Assembly (NCBI RefSeq): GCF_037042905.1
Contig: NC_087252.1
Location: 7,938,001 to 8,002,000 of the forward strand
Length of the DNA: 64,000 nucleotides
Origin: Lytechinus pictus
Taxonomy: Eukaryota
Direction of reading: 5' to 3'
This document shows, piece after piece, positions 39,701-51,182 of the stretch. Position 1 is the first letter of the stretch, and every line of letters starts with the position of its first letter. The notes below the pieces were generated by a model that saw only the letters and a program-made list of their open reading frames with translations, was not told the origin of the DNA and did no database searches. A program made the translations under genes and the position numbers.

Positions 39701-42700
39701 AGACAAATAAGATGGTGGAGGAGAAGGAGAAAAAGAAGATGAGAAGTAGTAAGAGGAGACAGAAAACAAGCAGAAGTCAAGATGAATTACAAAATATTTA
39801 AAAAATATATCAGTTTACAGTACAAGTAGGCTATACCTCATATGACGTAAACATATATCTTGATATATTAAGAAAATACAAAAATAGAAAATAAGCTTCG
39901 TGGACCCTTGGCTCCATGGACTCCCCCCCCCCCCCCCCTGCCATTTGAAGAAACTTACGTGGCAGGTTTTCAAGGGAACAATAACAGGCGCTGAGTTTGA
40001 ATGGCATTTGATGAACATGCAGATCAATCCTTAGGGCTTCCAGCCTAGGGCAGTGGACTACCAGGGATAGGTCTTCACTGCACATCAAGAAGGCTATGGT
40101 AAGATGCCTGATTCTCGAGAGAGTTTGGAGGCTTTTCTTGGTGAAGGAACCCTTCTTGGATGATCCCTCTTCGGAAGATGTAATGAAATGGAAGCCTCGA
40201 TCAGTTAAGGCTAGAGTGTGGAGTTTGGTTGCCTTGCAAAGGATCTTGTTCAGACACTGAAATGGATGAAAAAGAATTTATCGTCTCTGCCACGATGAGA
40301 CCTTTCTGGCGTTGCAAGAAAGTCATGTTCACTTCTTAATCAAGTGTTAGTACCAAAATTCAAGTGTAAGTGATTACAAGCAGGTCTGTCATTCATTTGT
40401 GTTTATTTAATTGCGTTCAGTTGCAACTTAACTTTCTTGTAACACCCAATAACACTTTATTTTGATTAACTTATTGTCACTGCCTTGTTGAGATCAGGGC
40501 CTCGTCTTACAAAGTGTTACGATTGATCCATTCAACCAACCAATCTATGGAAAGCCAGCAAAATCAACATCTAAAATGCATGCTGTATTAAAGTGTCGTT
40601 TTCTAATTTTTTGACTGATTTGTTGCAGGTTTGTGAACAAAAACTCAAAGTTAATCAAAATAGCAATATATGTATGTTTCAGGTGTTCTTTGTGCAGATC
40701 ATGGTTTAAAGTCATTTCATACAAAACATACAGCGTACAAACTTAATCTTGAGACATATGGGACATTCACTGACACTCATCAATAACAGGGCCCCATTTC
40801 TTTTAATTTGTTATAAAATTTGTGCATTTGTTATCATATCAAGTCTTTTAAAATGATACCCAGAAGTGACTTTAAATATCAAGTCATTATGCAGCTTTTA
40901 TTGTTGAGCTTCAAAGCAATGCACCTCAATGTAAAGTCATAGCACATACTGCTAGAATTCATTTGTAGAAAATGAGAAGGTATTTTTATTTAAAAAATTA
41001 CACATTTTTGCAGTTTATTGTTGGGATGAAATAAACTTACATGTAACCACTAGTCACTACTTGTTTGATTCTTGATGTATTATATCATGTTATATTTTAT
41101 TATATTCTATGGTTGAAATAAATTGAAACTGGTCAGGGGCAGACCCAGGAGTTTCCAAAAGGGAGGGGGGGATTTTTCCGAGGAAAATTTGACAAGCCCC
41201 CCCTAAAAAAAAAGGCCTCACATAAGCATGAACGACATATTCCCATTAAAAATATATGCTGTGTCTTTCAAAGGGGGGGGCACACTTGAATTAGAACAGC
41301 ATATTTACATAAAAAATTTTGATGACTCTCCAAAGGGGGGGGTCACAGGCCGGATGTGCCCCCCCCCCCTGGATTCACAACTGATTAAAACTCACACTGT
41401 CTCACAAAAATACACCAAAGGGTACATACCGGTACACTAATGCAGCAGCCAGTAATATCCAAAGATGTGATATTGACCATGAAATGGGTGAGTCTATCAA
41501 AGGACTTTGCTGGTATCCAGGGGTTCTGGCTCAAGTCTAAAGCTCCAGTCATCACTCGTGTGATGGGCCGGAAGTACTCCTGCAACCCCTCAAACGTGAT
41601 GTGAAGGCACTGAGACAGGTTGATGCGACTGCAAGACAGAACAGTATGATATTATTATTCATGGTTTATTTCAAACTGGATGTACATGTAGCTGCCGGTG
41701 GCTAAATTGCTCACTATACACATTTTTTCAAAAGATACAAAGACAATTGTGAAAATAGGCACAACATTAAAATCCATAAAATATCACACATATGAGTAAT
41801 TAATCCTATAGAGGAAATCAGAAAAAAAAATCCCATGGAGAGAGTATTGATCATCCAAAAAGTTGACTGAGAACAAATTAAGCCTGGATAATAAATGCTT
41901 GAAACTCCTCAAGTATAAACGCAAAAATCACATTTCATAAAATTAGGAAAAAAGAATGACCCGGTAAAATGCAACCAATTGGGAGCGATAATCTTGTCCT
42001 TTAACTATTTTTTGTGTTTTTCTTTTGCTCGTCACCCAGGCTATCAAGTTTTTTGGACAAACAACCCTCCATTTTTGACTGACATTCTGACAATGACTAA
42101 CTTATATACTTTTCAAATTTTTTTGGAGACAAAAAACCTCAGGGCTAGGGATCTATTTGGGACTGTTTTTTGTAATGTAGTATTGATCTTTTTCTTTTCT
42201 TGGACATCCCCTTCTAAAATTAAAAAACAAAAATCATGGTCATGACATGGATCCGCACAGCCACAGGTAAGCATGGTACTAAAGGTTAGACCAATATCAG
42301 TAGAGGCGCACGGCCAATATGGGAGACTCTCTCTAATAGGGGAGACAATCTCCCACATTGGAGACTTGCTTTGCAAAAGGACAAAAGAAACAACACCAAC
42401 AAAAGTATGATTTTTTCCACCCAAAATTTTGTCTCACTGAGGTCAGAAGCCCATTTTTTTTGTGTGATTGACAAAAAAATTCCTTATCAAAATAAAAGTA
42501 GACGGTGAATTTTTAAAGTAGACGGTGAAAAGGGGTAATTTTTCATGAGGAATCTGCTTATCACATTTTTATTTGCCGCCAAGGTAATCCTTTTGCAGCA
42601 AATGTAAACAAAGGAAATTGGACTCCAAAACTGGAATGTCTCTGAAATTGGATACCCAAATTCTTTACAAAAGTCTCTGATATTGGAGATAATCTCTTAT

Positions 42701-43556
42701 CTTATTGTACTTCCCCAACGTTACGCGACGCAAGCGTCCGTATAGTGGGTGAAGAACAATAGAAAACAAGATGGCGGCGTAAACATCGGGCAAGTCTCTT
42801 CCGTCTATTCATGATATTTTTCTCATTTTTTTTGGATGAATTCTTGTCTAAAAATAAAATCCATAGCGTAGAAATGTCGGAAATGAAGTTGTATCCCATG
42901 TACATGATTTAGGGCTAGATCTTTTAGAAAGAAGGTAGAAATCTCGGGGGCGAAAGTTTCAGGTTTTTTGGTGGTACACGCAAAAGTATATGACGGAAGC
43001 CCTGGCTTCGTATGAGAGTGACCTTACGTTAGTAAATGATTTTTACTCTCTAGAAGCCGCCTGGCTAGTCATACCGTCAACTTCTTATTCTTTAACAACA
43101 TGCTTATGATGCTGCTAATCATGCGGCCTGCGGATATTATTGGAAAGAAAGAGAGAGAGAGAGATAAACAAATACCCCCACCCCCCCCCCCAAAAAAAAA
43201 AACTGTTTCAGTGCAGTGATTGTGTGAAGTAAAAACTAAAGTAAGATTAAGAAGGCGCCATATGGCCATAGGCATAGGCTTAGGCTTAGCCTTAGCAAGG
43301 CACGCACGGCCATGCCACGGAGTCCGCGGTCTTCTCCAAACCAGCGGAATCGCTACTGAGCTTACCGGGAACCCGTCGGGGTGCGAGACAGGTCACGAAG
43401 GCGTTTGCTAATAGCGGTGACTTTGGCGACTTCAGTTGCGTGAAGATAAGACAAAATTTCAATCAGCACCACATCCGGAATCATGTCAAGGTACGACATT
43501 TCATTCACATCCACATCCTCTCTCCTGGAATTCCTCCTTCTTTTTACTGACGACAT
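21185..43556 (-). CDS. FBXL18: F-box/LRR-repeat protein 18-like, 13 exons, 690 aa
   Basis: Exons 43556-43366, 41628-41430, 40256-39959, 39274-39171, 36590-36336, 34177-34042, 31962-31899, 30927-30879, 29629-29508, 28833-28570, 26430-26332, 25125-24979, 21329-21185 are all GT-AG and phase-consistent (2073 nt). N-terminal F-box plus LRRs. Segments such as SAIGNLKFLQRLTI, ECRQLYFLSLADIGLSGQCTWMPAF..SLRDLRVEH and HFCNLRRF match my recollection of vertebrate FBXL18 collinearly. Confidence 0.88.
21487..21702 (+). mobile_element. tRNA-derived SINE, 5' part; tail displaced to 23297-23380
   Basis: Box A tggcccagtgg, box B ggttcaaatcc, core tgctgcactcaacccaggtg; homologous to other copies in the window. 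Confidence 0.85.
21703..23297 (-). mobile_element. Helentron-like non-autonomous element with internal ~150-bp tandem subunits
   Basis: agctcatccgg at 21724 is matched in the terminal hairpin aagctcatctggcccttcgggccggatgagctt (23265-23297); adjacent ggacggacgacggacg microsatellite; no TSD. Confidence 0.72.
23580..23840 (-). mobile_element. tRNA-derived SINE
   Basis: Reverse-complement homology to the 21487 copy, including box B and core. Confidence 0.8.
23845..24970. repeat. (CTA)n microsatellite with a ~250-bp triplicated higher-order unit
   Basis: Unique spacer ttaatactgctgcacttctacttttactatgacaaacagtac at 24001, 24251, 24504. Confidence 0.95.
24979..25125 (-). CDS. FBXL18: FBXL18-like exon 12 (IQKSKGGNIYWP...LRTCPDLHLLAVFSAD...)
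   Basis: tgtgtag acceptor, gtaatt donor; phase 2-2. Confidence 0.85.
25200..25469 (-). mobile_element. tRNA-derived SINE
   Basis: gggattcaaacccacg (box B, reverse), core cacctgggatgagtgca, short (TAA)n-type tail. Confidence 0.82.
25873..26193. repeat. Interspersed repeat (ggtaaattgccaattc...); copies at 35177-35573, ~12085-12420 and ~31170-31320
   Basis: Shared sequence with repeated gtctaat/gacca motifs and inverted ends. Confidence 0.65.
26332..26430 (-). CDS. FBXL18: FBXL18-like exon 11 (RVEHQNLEL...QNCKRLRRLFLHSQK)
   Basis: ttatcag acceptor, gtaagt donor. Confidence 0.9.
26896..27836 (-). mobile_element. Helentron-like element with ~155-190 bp tandem units
   Basis: Subterminal inverted repeat gtctcacctgcat (26918) / atgcaggtgagac (27819), (gcc)n tract, A-rich ends; unit marker gatgttcagtgatacttg repeated 5 times. 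Confidence 0.75.
28570..28833 (-). CDS. FBXL18: FBXL18-like exon 10 (APVCSK...AIGNLKFLQRLTI...ASSLRDL)
   Basis: aaacag acceptor, gtaatg donor; strongest resemblance to FBXL18. Confidence 0.92.
29013..29209. mobile_element. hAT-like MITE with perfect 8-bp TSD aatgccag
   Basis: cagtgg...ccactg termini; aatgccag at 29005 and 29210. Confidence 0.85.
29508..29629 (-). CDS. FBXL18: FBXL18-like exon 9 (NESPAELL...KACPFLTELELI...)
   Basis: aatag acceptor, gtaagg donor; LRR pattern. Confidence 0.85.
29740..30452. mobile_element. piggyBac-like non-autonomous element
   Basis: TTAA-CCTTAA ... CTTAGGG-TTAA ends; interior related to the 16107-16418 insert. Confidence 0.7.
30879..30927 (-). CDS. FBXL18: FBXL18-like exon 8 (FDTKEDIAEKNTAPTS)
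   Basis: tgtgtag acceptor, gtaagt donor; needed to go from phase 2 to phase 0. Confidence 0.75.
31565..31760 (+). mobile_element. tRNA-derived SINE
   Basis: tagtggtctagt (box A), gggttcaattacc (box B), gctaaagccggggtaataat. Confidence 0.75.
31899..31962 (-). CDS. FBXL18: FBXL18-like exon 7 (KLQHLSISPCAF...)
   Basis: tttgcag acceptor, gtaagt donor. Confidence 0.8.
33156..33880 (-). mobile_element. Truncated second copy of the 26896 family
   Basis: aacaagtggagcgcctctggctgtctcacctgcat start and the same tandem units. Confidence 0.75.
34042..34177 (-). CDS. FBXL18: FBXL18-like exon 6 (LEFKLDLLPILADSCPHLIGLCL...ILGRFK)
   Basis: aaacag acceptor, gtaagc donor; LRR pattern. Confidence 0.85.
34565..35153. 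mobile_element. Same TTAA/Kolobok-like MITE family
   Basis: TTAA at 34561 and 35154; aggacaagtccaccc terminus. Confidence 0.8.
35810..36300. repeat. Purine-rich (GGA/GAA) minisatellite
   Basis: Recurrent ggagcaagagggagtgaaggaatag blocks. Confidence 0.85.
36336..36590 (-). CDS. FBXL18: FBXL18-like exon 5 (LRGTKFTKLFLP...FPNLQYLFLSPEADGK)
   Basis: ttgcag acceptor, gtaaca donor. Confidence 0.85.
38325..38600 (-). mobile_element. tRNA-derived SINE
   Basis: cacctgggttgagtgcagc core; gattcaaacccacg box B (reverse). Confidence 0.78.
39171..39274 (-). CDS. FBXL18: FBXL18-like exon 4 (PEHFCNLRRF...IITASL)
   Basis: tttatag acceptor, gtgaga donor; bridges phase 1 to phase 0. Confidence 0.8.
39959..40256 (-). 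CDS. FBXL18: FBXL18-like exon 3 (CLNKILCKATKLHTLAL...HCPRLEALRID...ENLP)
   Basis: tttcag acceptor, gtaagt donor; LRR pattern. Confidence 0.9.
41430..41628 (-). CDS. FBXL18: FBXL18-like exon 2 (RINLSQC...ITSLDITGCCISVP)
   Basis: ttgcag acceptor, gtatgt donor; LRR pattern. Confidence 0.9.
43366..43556 (-). CDS. FBXL18: FBXL18-like exon 1, F-box (LDMIPDVVLIEILSYL...ISKRLRDL)
   Basis: ATG at 43556, F-box consensus, donor gtaag at 43365. Confidence 0.9.
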
Positions 43557-43639
43557 TTTTGTGAATAGAAAAATAGATCTAACGTTAGACTACTTGAGAA
43601 GTTAGTTAGATTTATTTATTCATTCATTTGTACTTGTAA

Positions 43640-43695
43640 GGCAGGTCGCGCGAGCAATTCGGTTCGGTATTTTCGTGTTTACTTCCGGTATATTT
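43640..43695 (-). promoter_or_regulatory. Putative FBXL18 core promoter
   Basis: CpG-enriched patch ~90-140 bp upstream of the ATG, with ETS-type ACCGGAAGT (acttccggt at 43681-43689) and TCGCGCGA. Confidence 0.45.
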
Positions 43696-44231
43696 GCTGC
43701 ATATCCCCTACTAGTCTGTAAGCACAGACCTTTATTCTGTATAGTATGTAAACAGTGCCTGAACCTGGTGCCTGAAGAAGTTGAAATAGATACATTCATG
43801 TAAAATGTCTTAATTTTATGGAGTACCTTTAGAATCCAATGTCATGAATCGATTACAAAAGAGCAATTACCTACTAATTGCTGCTGCCGGTGTGGTGCGA
43901 TATCAGTTTTGTCGCCCTCTACGTTCGTGAGTGAATTAAGAGTCCCCGGCGACAAGCAGGAATCGGATCGGGAGATGGATAAAGGATGGGGGGAGGGGGC
44001 AGATGGGGGAGGGGGGATGGCCCCGTAGAGGGAGTACACGACTTGTCCAATGTGGTGGATGTAGTAGGAGAGAGTGAAGTAATGGCAGGTGATATAATAA
44101 TCAGAGGACTTAAAAAGGGATGATATATATGAAGGGATCAAAGAGGGGGCGCGTGATCGAGGACACGTGCAATGGTATATAATTATATTGATGATGTTGT
44201 TTAAGGAATGATATACGTTGATATCTATATA

Positions 44232-45170
44232 TGGATACAGAATACTTGGATACTATTATATTAAAACATGTATGGATATGAATACATGGATACGTGGATA
44301 CTTGGATACTATTGGATACTTGGATACTTGGATACGTGGATACGTGGATACGTGGATACGTGGATACGGGGATACTTGGATACTGTTGGATACTTGGATA
44401 CTTGGATACGTGGATACGCGGATACGTGGATACGTGGATACTTGGATACTATTGGATACTTGGATACTTGGATACGTGGATACGTGGATACGTGGATACG
44501 CGGATACGTGGATACGTGGATACTTGGATACTATTGGAGACTTGGATACTTGGATACTTGGATACGTGGATACGTGGATACTTGGATACTGTTGGATACT
44601 TGGATACTTGGATACGTGGATACGCGGATACGTGGATACGTGGATACTTGGATACTATTGGATACTTGGATACTTGGATACGTGGATACGTGGATACGCG
44701 GATACGTGGATACGCGGATACTATTGGATACTTGGATACGCGGATACTTGGATACGTGGATACGCGGATACGTGGATACGTGGATACTTGGATACTATTG
44801 GAGACTTGGATACTTGGATACTTGGATACGTGGATACGTGGATACTTGGATACTGTTGGATACTTGGATACTTGGATACGTGGATACGCGGATACGTGGA
44901 TACGTGGATACTTGGATACTATTGGATACTTGGATACTTGGATACTTGGATACGTGGATACGTGGATACGCGGATACGTGGATACGTGGATACTTTGATA
45001 CTATTGGATACTTGGATACTTGGATACGTGGATACGTGGATACGTGGATACGTGGATACTTGGATACTATTGGAGACTTGGATACTTGGATACGTGGATA
45101 CGCGGATACGTGGATACGCGGCTACGGGCACATGCCTACATGAAAACTTAGATACATAGATACTTGGATA
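44232..45170 (+). repeat. Tandem array of 8-bp GGATAC(G/T)(T/C) units with ~264-272 bp higher-order period
   Basis: Units ggatacgt/ggatactt/ggatacgc interspersed with 10-bp ggatactatt/ggatactgtt; rare variant ggagac at 44536, 44800, 45072. Confidence 0.95.
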
Positions 45171-47384
45171 AGAACATCAAGGAGTTTTTGATACTCTGGA
45201 ACATGGAAAACACATAAAGAAGTGCATGATACTAAGTGTACTTTTAGAACGAAGCATCACTCAGACCCTAATTACCTTATTTTCAGATAATTGACATCGT
45301 CACTTTTAATCTGTATTTTTCTTGAGAGAAAAGATAGAAAAGGCTACTTTCATCAGTGAATCGTTAAAAATTGGCTGCTCTCTTTATAATTATAACGAGA
45401 CATATATCAATTCCCTAAGCCCATATGATTACAATTTGACCAATTAATCTTAATCCTTTTTAGGATTGATTTTATTTAATTAAGTTGATATCAGTAAACA
45501 AAATATAAATAAACTATTTGGATTATTATAGATTTTTCAGTCAACATAAAAGAAGGCTAATATAATAACATGTACGAATATGCAGCTTAAAGGTCAAGTC
45601 TACCCAAAAAGTTATTGATTTGAATCAATAGAGAAATAAGAAACAAGCCAATTTCATAAAAAAACGTATGTAAAATAAGAAAGTTATGACATTTGGAAGT
45701 TTTTCGCTTATATTTCGCAAAACAATTACAATCATGTACAACTCAGTGATAAGTAATAAGACACGAGCAACAGAGAACAACAAAATAGTTAAGTAAGGGG
45801 ATAATAAGAACGATATACGTTTTGGTTATATTAAAATGACCAATCAATTTCAAAACATTGGTTACAATTCGACAATTAATTTCACTCACTCCTGTTGGTA
45901 ATTGCAACGAGACACATCATAGGGCCAATATCACAATCCTTTTTTTAAACAAATTAATTTCATTCCTATGTCTTGTTATGTGAATGTCTCGTTCTGATTA
46001 TAAATTATCTCATATGACTCGTTCTATTTATAATTATTGGCATATAATTTACTTCTTTTCAAAAATTATAGAAAGAGTGAACTTGATGAAGAGAAATAGA
46101 AGAGGAATTACAGAAGGGGGAAAATAGGATAAAAGGAGAAGACGGAGGAGGAGAATGAAGAAAAATAGGAATATGAAGTAAGGGAGTGCAATACAAAGTT
46201 TTGTGAATGATATATTGCATTATTGGCATATAATTTACTTCTTTTCAAAAATTATCTTCCTACTTATACATCCAGAAGACTATCAAGAGAGCATGGAGAA
46301 CTGCAATTGTAACAGAACATCGGCATGCAATGACGCCTATGATATAATATCTCGTTTTAAGCATAAATTGGATTAAACTTTAATTGGTGGGTTGTAATGT
46401 GAATGTCTCGTTCTGATTATAAATACGGATAAGTATTAGTCCTATATGATTCGTTCTATATCTTAATTTTTATCAAAAATGATTTTTTTTTTAATAAATA
46501 TTTTATGAATTTAGACCTAGTTAAAAATTGAATAAGTTGACCGGTTTATGAAAAGACATGACTTTCTTAGCGTTTTTTGAAATGGTGAACAGGAATGTTA
46601 TATCTGACTAAACAATATTACTGATTCGAGTGCGAAGCGCGATTTAAAATATGTTATAGGGCCTATTGCGATCGGAAACTTCATATTTTAAGTACGTTTT
46701 GTACATAAATTTAGACCTAAAAACGGACATTCCTTGCTTTTTTTTTTTTGGGGGGGGGTCTTGTTGTATGCATTAAAAATTATTTAGTAATTTACGTTAA
46801 ATAATGTGTTTAATTGCCAATATTTATTATCATCTACGATTATGCTGTAACGAAAAATGCATACACGACATACCTACAGTTACAACATCACCTTATTAAT
46901 AAACTGGTAATTAGATACTGTCTTGCTCGAATGCAGTATACTGAAAATTTATCAAAATCGAATATAAAATAAGAAAGTTATGACATTTAAAGATACGCTT
47001 ATTTTCAACAATTGGAAATTTTGAAATATGACGTGCTTGCACAACACATGTAATTCGATTTAATTATGTTAAAAAATGTCACTTCAGAATTCCTTCAGCT
47101 CATTGATAAAGAACCACCTGTGAATGACTTTGAGACTATAGGGATACCGTGTAAGATTAATACCCCAAATTCTTGAAAGGAGGGATTAAGATTTAATAGT
47201 GATTACGTAATCTATTGAAGTTAATGACCGGCATGAACGTGAGACCGGCATGAGACGAGGAAAGAAAGATGAAATAAAAAAAAAATGTGAAAAAGGAATA
47301 TAAGAAAAAACAGAAATTCAAGTTTATATTCCTAATGCATTTTAAGCACTTTGTTTGATCGTGAATGATATTTTATTAATAAGA

Positions 47385-47735
47385 AATAATAATAAATGAT
47401 AGCATGTTCATAAATATCGCTTTTCTCAGAACGGCTCAAAACGATTTACAGCATATTATTGTCCCATGATTCATTTCAATCCCGCATGAAAAGTGCACAA
47501 TTTCCACATCTTGGGAAGCATTCCTTGCATTCATCGCAGCCTCGAAATGGCGCTTGCAAATTCAAGCATACAATAACTTTCGCATCCAACCGGGTACCCA
47601 TTTAGCACCTGGGTCGAGAGTGGCAAGGTGTGCCGGCAATACGTCTTACCAAAGGACGGTATATAGACCGCGGTGAGAATCGAACACACGACTCTCCGTT
47701 TACAAGGCGGGAGTCAGAACCACTATACGCCACGA
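47385..47735 (-). mobile_element. tRNA-derived SINE, second subfamily (also ~23445-23572)
   Basis: gaatcgaacacacgac (box B, reverse); gggtacccatttagcacctgggtcgagagtggcaa core. Confidence 0.7.
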
Positions 47736-48296
47736 CTCTTAAAAAAAAGGCCTTCCTGAAAAAGTCGTGCACAGAACATGTTTCTCATAAACATAAAATA
47801 TGAGCGCGAACTTCTTTCAAACATCAAGGACGAAAAGACCTAAGTATTTTTCGTAAAAATGAATAGCGTGCACAATCTTCTTAATTAAAGTATTAAAAGC
47901 ATGAAGAGCGAAATGAACCAATAATTTTAACAAATTGACCTAGCTGAAACACTGATATCTTCCCGTCTGTAAATTTCTTCACTCTTTTTCTTCTTTTCCA
48001 CTCTTCTTTGCATTTATTCCATTTTTCCTTCTTACGCAGCCAATAGGGCGTAGAGATCGCATTCGGCCTCCTGGAATTGCCCATTTACATTTTCTTTTTT
48101 AGTCTATATTTTAATTGGTACAAGAGGAGGCAAAGGCGATTAGACACTGGATTCACAAGTTCGTCCAAAAATTAAAACTGATATTTCTAATCTTACACAT
48201 TCACAATCTTGGCCAATTATTTTCTGTTCATTATCGCGATTTTTTTTCCTACTTGATTCTATTTCACCTCATTTCATTCATCTCCTTTGTTTATCC

Positions 48297-48399
48297 AGGG
48301 GCCGCGGAATGGTTTTCAAAGTGGGGGGGGGGGCTGAGCCAAAAGTGGGGGGGGGGGGCTGAAGCCCCCCAGCCCCCCCCCCCGGTTCCGCGGCCCCTG
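48297..48399. mobile_element. Short hAT-like MITE caggggccgcggaa...ttccgcggcccctg
   Basis: Perfect 14-bp TIR around poly-G/poly-C tracts. Confidence 0.7.
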
Positions 48400-51182
48400 T
48401 AATTCCTATTTCTTTTGTGCTGTTTGTATATCTCTTTAATACTGGGAGGGATAAGCCAGCAGCAGGGAGAGGAGGGCCGTATTAGCACGACATTCCCCCT
48501 TTGTTTTTCTTTTCCACCATATCATTTTTTAAGTTTCCCTTTCCATTTTACTTATATTTCTTCTGTTTGTACTTTTTTTAAAGGGGTAAGCAAGACCACC
48601 TCGCCCCTTGGTCTGCATGTGCCTGTCGAATGCAATTTGCATCCTAACTTCCCGTTTTCTTCCTCTTTTGTAATATATGTATTAATTTGTGGAAAAAACT
48701 ATTAGAAAGTAATGTTATAAAGGGAGCCTCGACTTTGCTATTAACATATGCAGTCTTTTTAAAGTTACCTTAGATCCGAGATAATTTATTGTCATGTATA
48801 AAATGCACAAAATCTGCTTTCAAAAAGTGAATACTATTACACCGACAAACACAATTGTTTTTAGCCTACATATTTCAACAATCAAATAATGTGAGCGCAA
48901 AGCGCGAGCTGAATATTTCTTACATTCCCAGCTATATACAGGGCATTCTAAGCACCTTCTAAAATCACGAACAAGATAGGGGTATGACTATACACTTGAT
49001 GTGATCGCGAAGCGCGAGCCGAAACGAAATTCGACATCTCACGTTTTGTAAATCATGGCAAGGATGGATAAGTGGATAAATGGATAACATTCCTACATTA
49101 ATAATTTGATAATCTGATCTGAAACTGGAACAAGATTCGTATCTAAATAAATATGCGTGCGTGTGTTTAGATTCAAACCTAGAATCTGGACATTCTAATT
49201 ACATTCTTTATCATAATATCAATAATAAGAGCGCGATCCGCGAGCTAAAGATATTTGATTTTCCGATCCCAAAAAAAAAGTTAATTTAAGCGCAATTACG
49301 AATTGGATATGGATCGTGCTTAATAAATGATGCGAGTCAAAGCGCAAGTTTATATTTTTATCAATACATATATTTCCAGTTGCGACCGGGAAATTTTAAG
49401 GACATTTTTGTTTTTGTCGAGAGATGAAACTTGTCGATATTCCGTTCTGAAAAAAAAACCGGACAATGATTATTAGGAAATAATGAAAATATTATTATCT
49501 TACTTATTAATCTAATAAGCCCAATGAGGTCGCGAAATTAATATCAAGGTAAAAAAACTGGATATTTTGTAATCATGAAAAGGATGCATGGGTTAATATA
49601 CTTTAAAGAATACTTTAAAAATAATGCGAGCGCAAATTGCAAGCCGAAAATTTTGATAAACTGTCAAGAAAGAGGAATTTAAAATAATTTGTTACAATTG
49701 ATATAGGTATACATTACTCCCCAATGAAAATGCAAGTGCGCAGCTTTAGCTGATACTATTCAGAATCAGATAAGCCTAAAAAGGGATATTTTTCAAAAAA
49801 ATATGGAATACACGAAGAGAATAGTTACTTGACGAATTAAATAATGCTAGTGCGCAGCGCGAGCGGAAAATGTCGATATTTAGACCATAAAATATAGTCA
49901 TTTTACAGAAAACTATAAAATATATTTGTAAATCAAACAAATTGAAAACTCAGTGTCCGAGAAATATTTCATATATTTACTTTAAAACTTGATATTTTAA
50001 GCTCAATATAAGCCTATTGAGCAAGTTATGTATATCATAGATTAGGCAATGTGAGCACAAAGCGAGCGAAAATTTAAAATAGTGACATGAAATCCCCCCC
50101 CCCCTCATCTTATTTTATTCACTCGTCTTACTCCTCTTATTTTCCCTCTTCATTTTCTATTCTCTTTTCTCTTCTTTTTCCTCTCTTTCCATTTTTTCCT
50201 GTTTGCTCGTTCCAAAAAGTGGGGGGGGGGGGGCATTTGATATCAAATTCCAAAAAGTGAGGGGAAGCGTCTCCCTGTCCCCCAGGGATTTCCACCAATG
50301 TATGCAATTTGATTTGAAATAAAAGAAAACCCTACATCGTCTTTGTAGTCGATTTTTTTTTTAATAGCGTACTTTCATGACGAATTACTTCATTCTCGCC
50401 TGCTCCTAAATCGGATTTAATAAGAAAATCAATGTTTCTTTAAAAAAAAACCGCACCCCAAACCCCAAATAACACCCCTAAATTCATTTAAAAAAAATAT
50501 ATGAACGATAATTTTCTTGGAGTATTCGCAATTTGTCCGAAAATTATTCTTATTGTCCTCGTCCTTAAATTTACCACTCGTGACGTTGTCCTAAATGTCT
50601 CCGGTTCTGTCCTAATACGATCTGCATGCTGTCCGCGCCGAACGCCGACAAATTGATTTAGATAATCTTGTCCCAGGACAGTTCCAGGAATGTCCTACGA
50701 CAATACGCAGACAGTCCTGGTCGTGTCCTAGGACAAGATCATTTGCATAATCTTTTACGGAATTTGGTTGCGGACAGCATGCCGAAATGACAAAAGTAGC
50801 TTCCGCAACCCTTCCTGGTCTTGTCCGCGCCCTAGTGGAAAACCGCCTTAAAAAAACAAGCTGTGTGTCTCAAACAATTAAATGTGAGCGCGAAGCACGA
50901 GCTTAATTTTTTGTATATTGACATGATAAAGGAGCATTTTGACAAATTTTGGAAAGAATATCCAAAGAGGATAGGTATCTCACAAATCAAACAATGCGAG
51001 TGCGCAGCGCGAGCTGGAAACTTTTATATAACAATTTGTGTAAATCAAACAAAATAATGAAAGCTTGAGGTGCGAGCTAAAACATTGTGTGCAAATTGAT
51101 TTCAGAACTGGATATATGAAATGTCATTTAATTCTCTTGAATGGGAATCATTACAAAGGCAATGCGAGCGCGAAGCGCGAGC

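Noticed and set aside
44218..45159. Long ORFs (313, 291, 234 aa) of DTWIRGY repeats
   Set aside because: By-product of a stop-free 8-bp repeat open in all three frames; no splice or homology support.
44232..45170. CRISPR-like array
   Set aside because: No unique spacers, 8-bp units, eukaryotic context and no cas genes.
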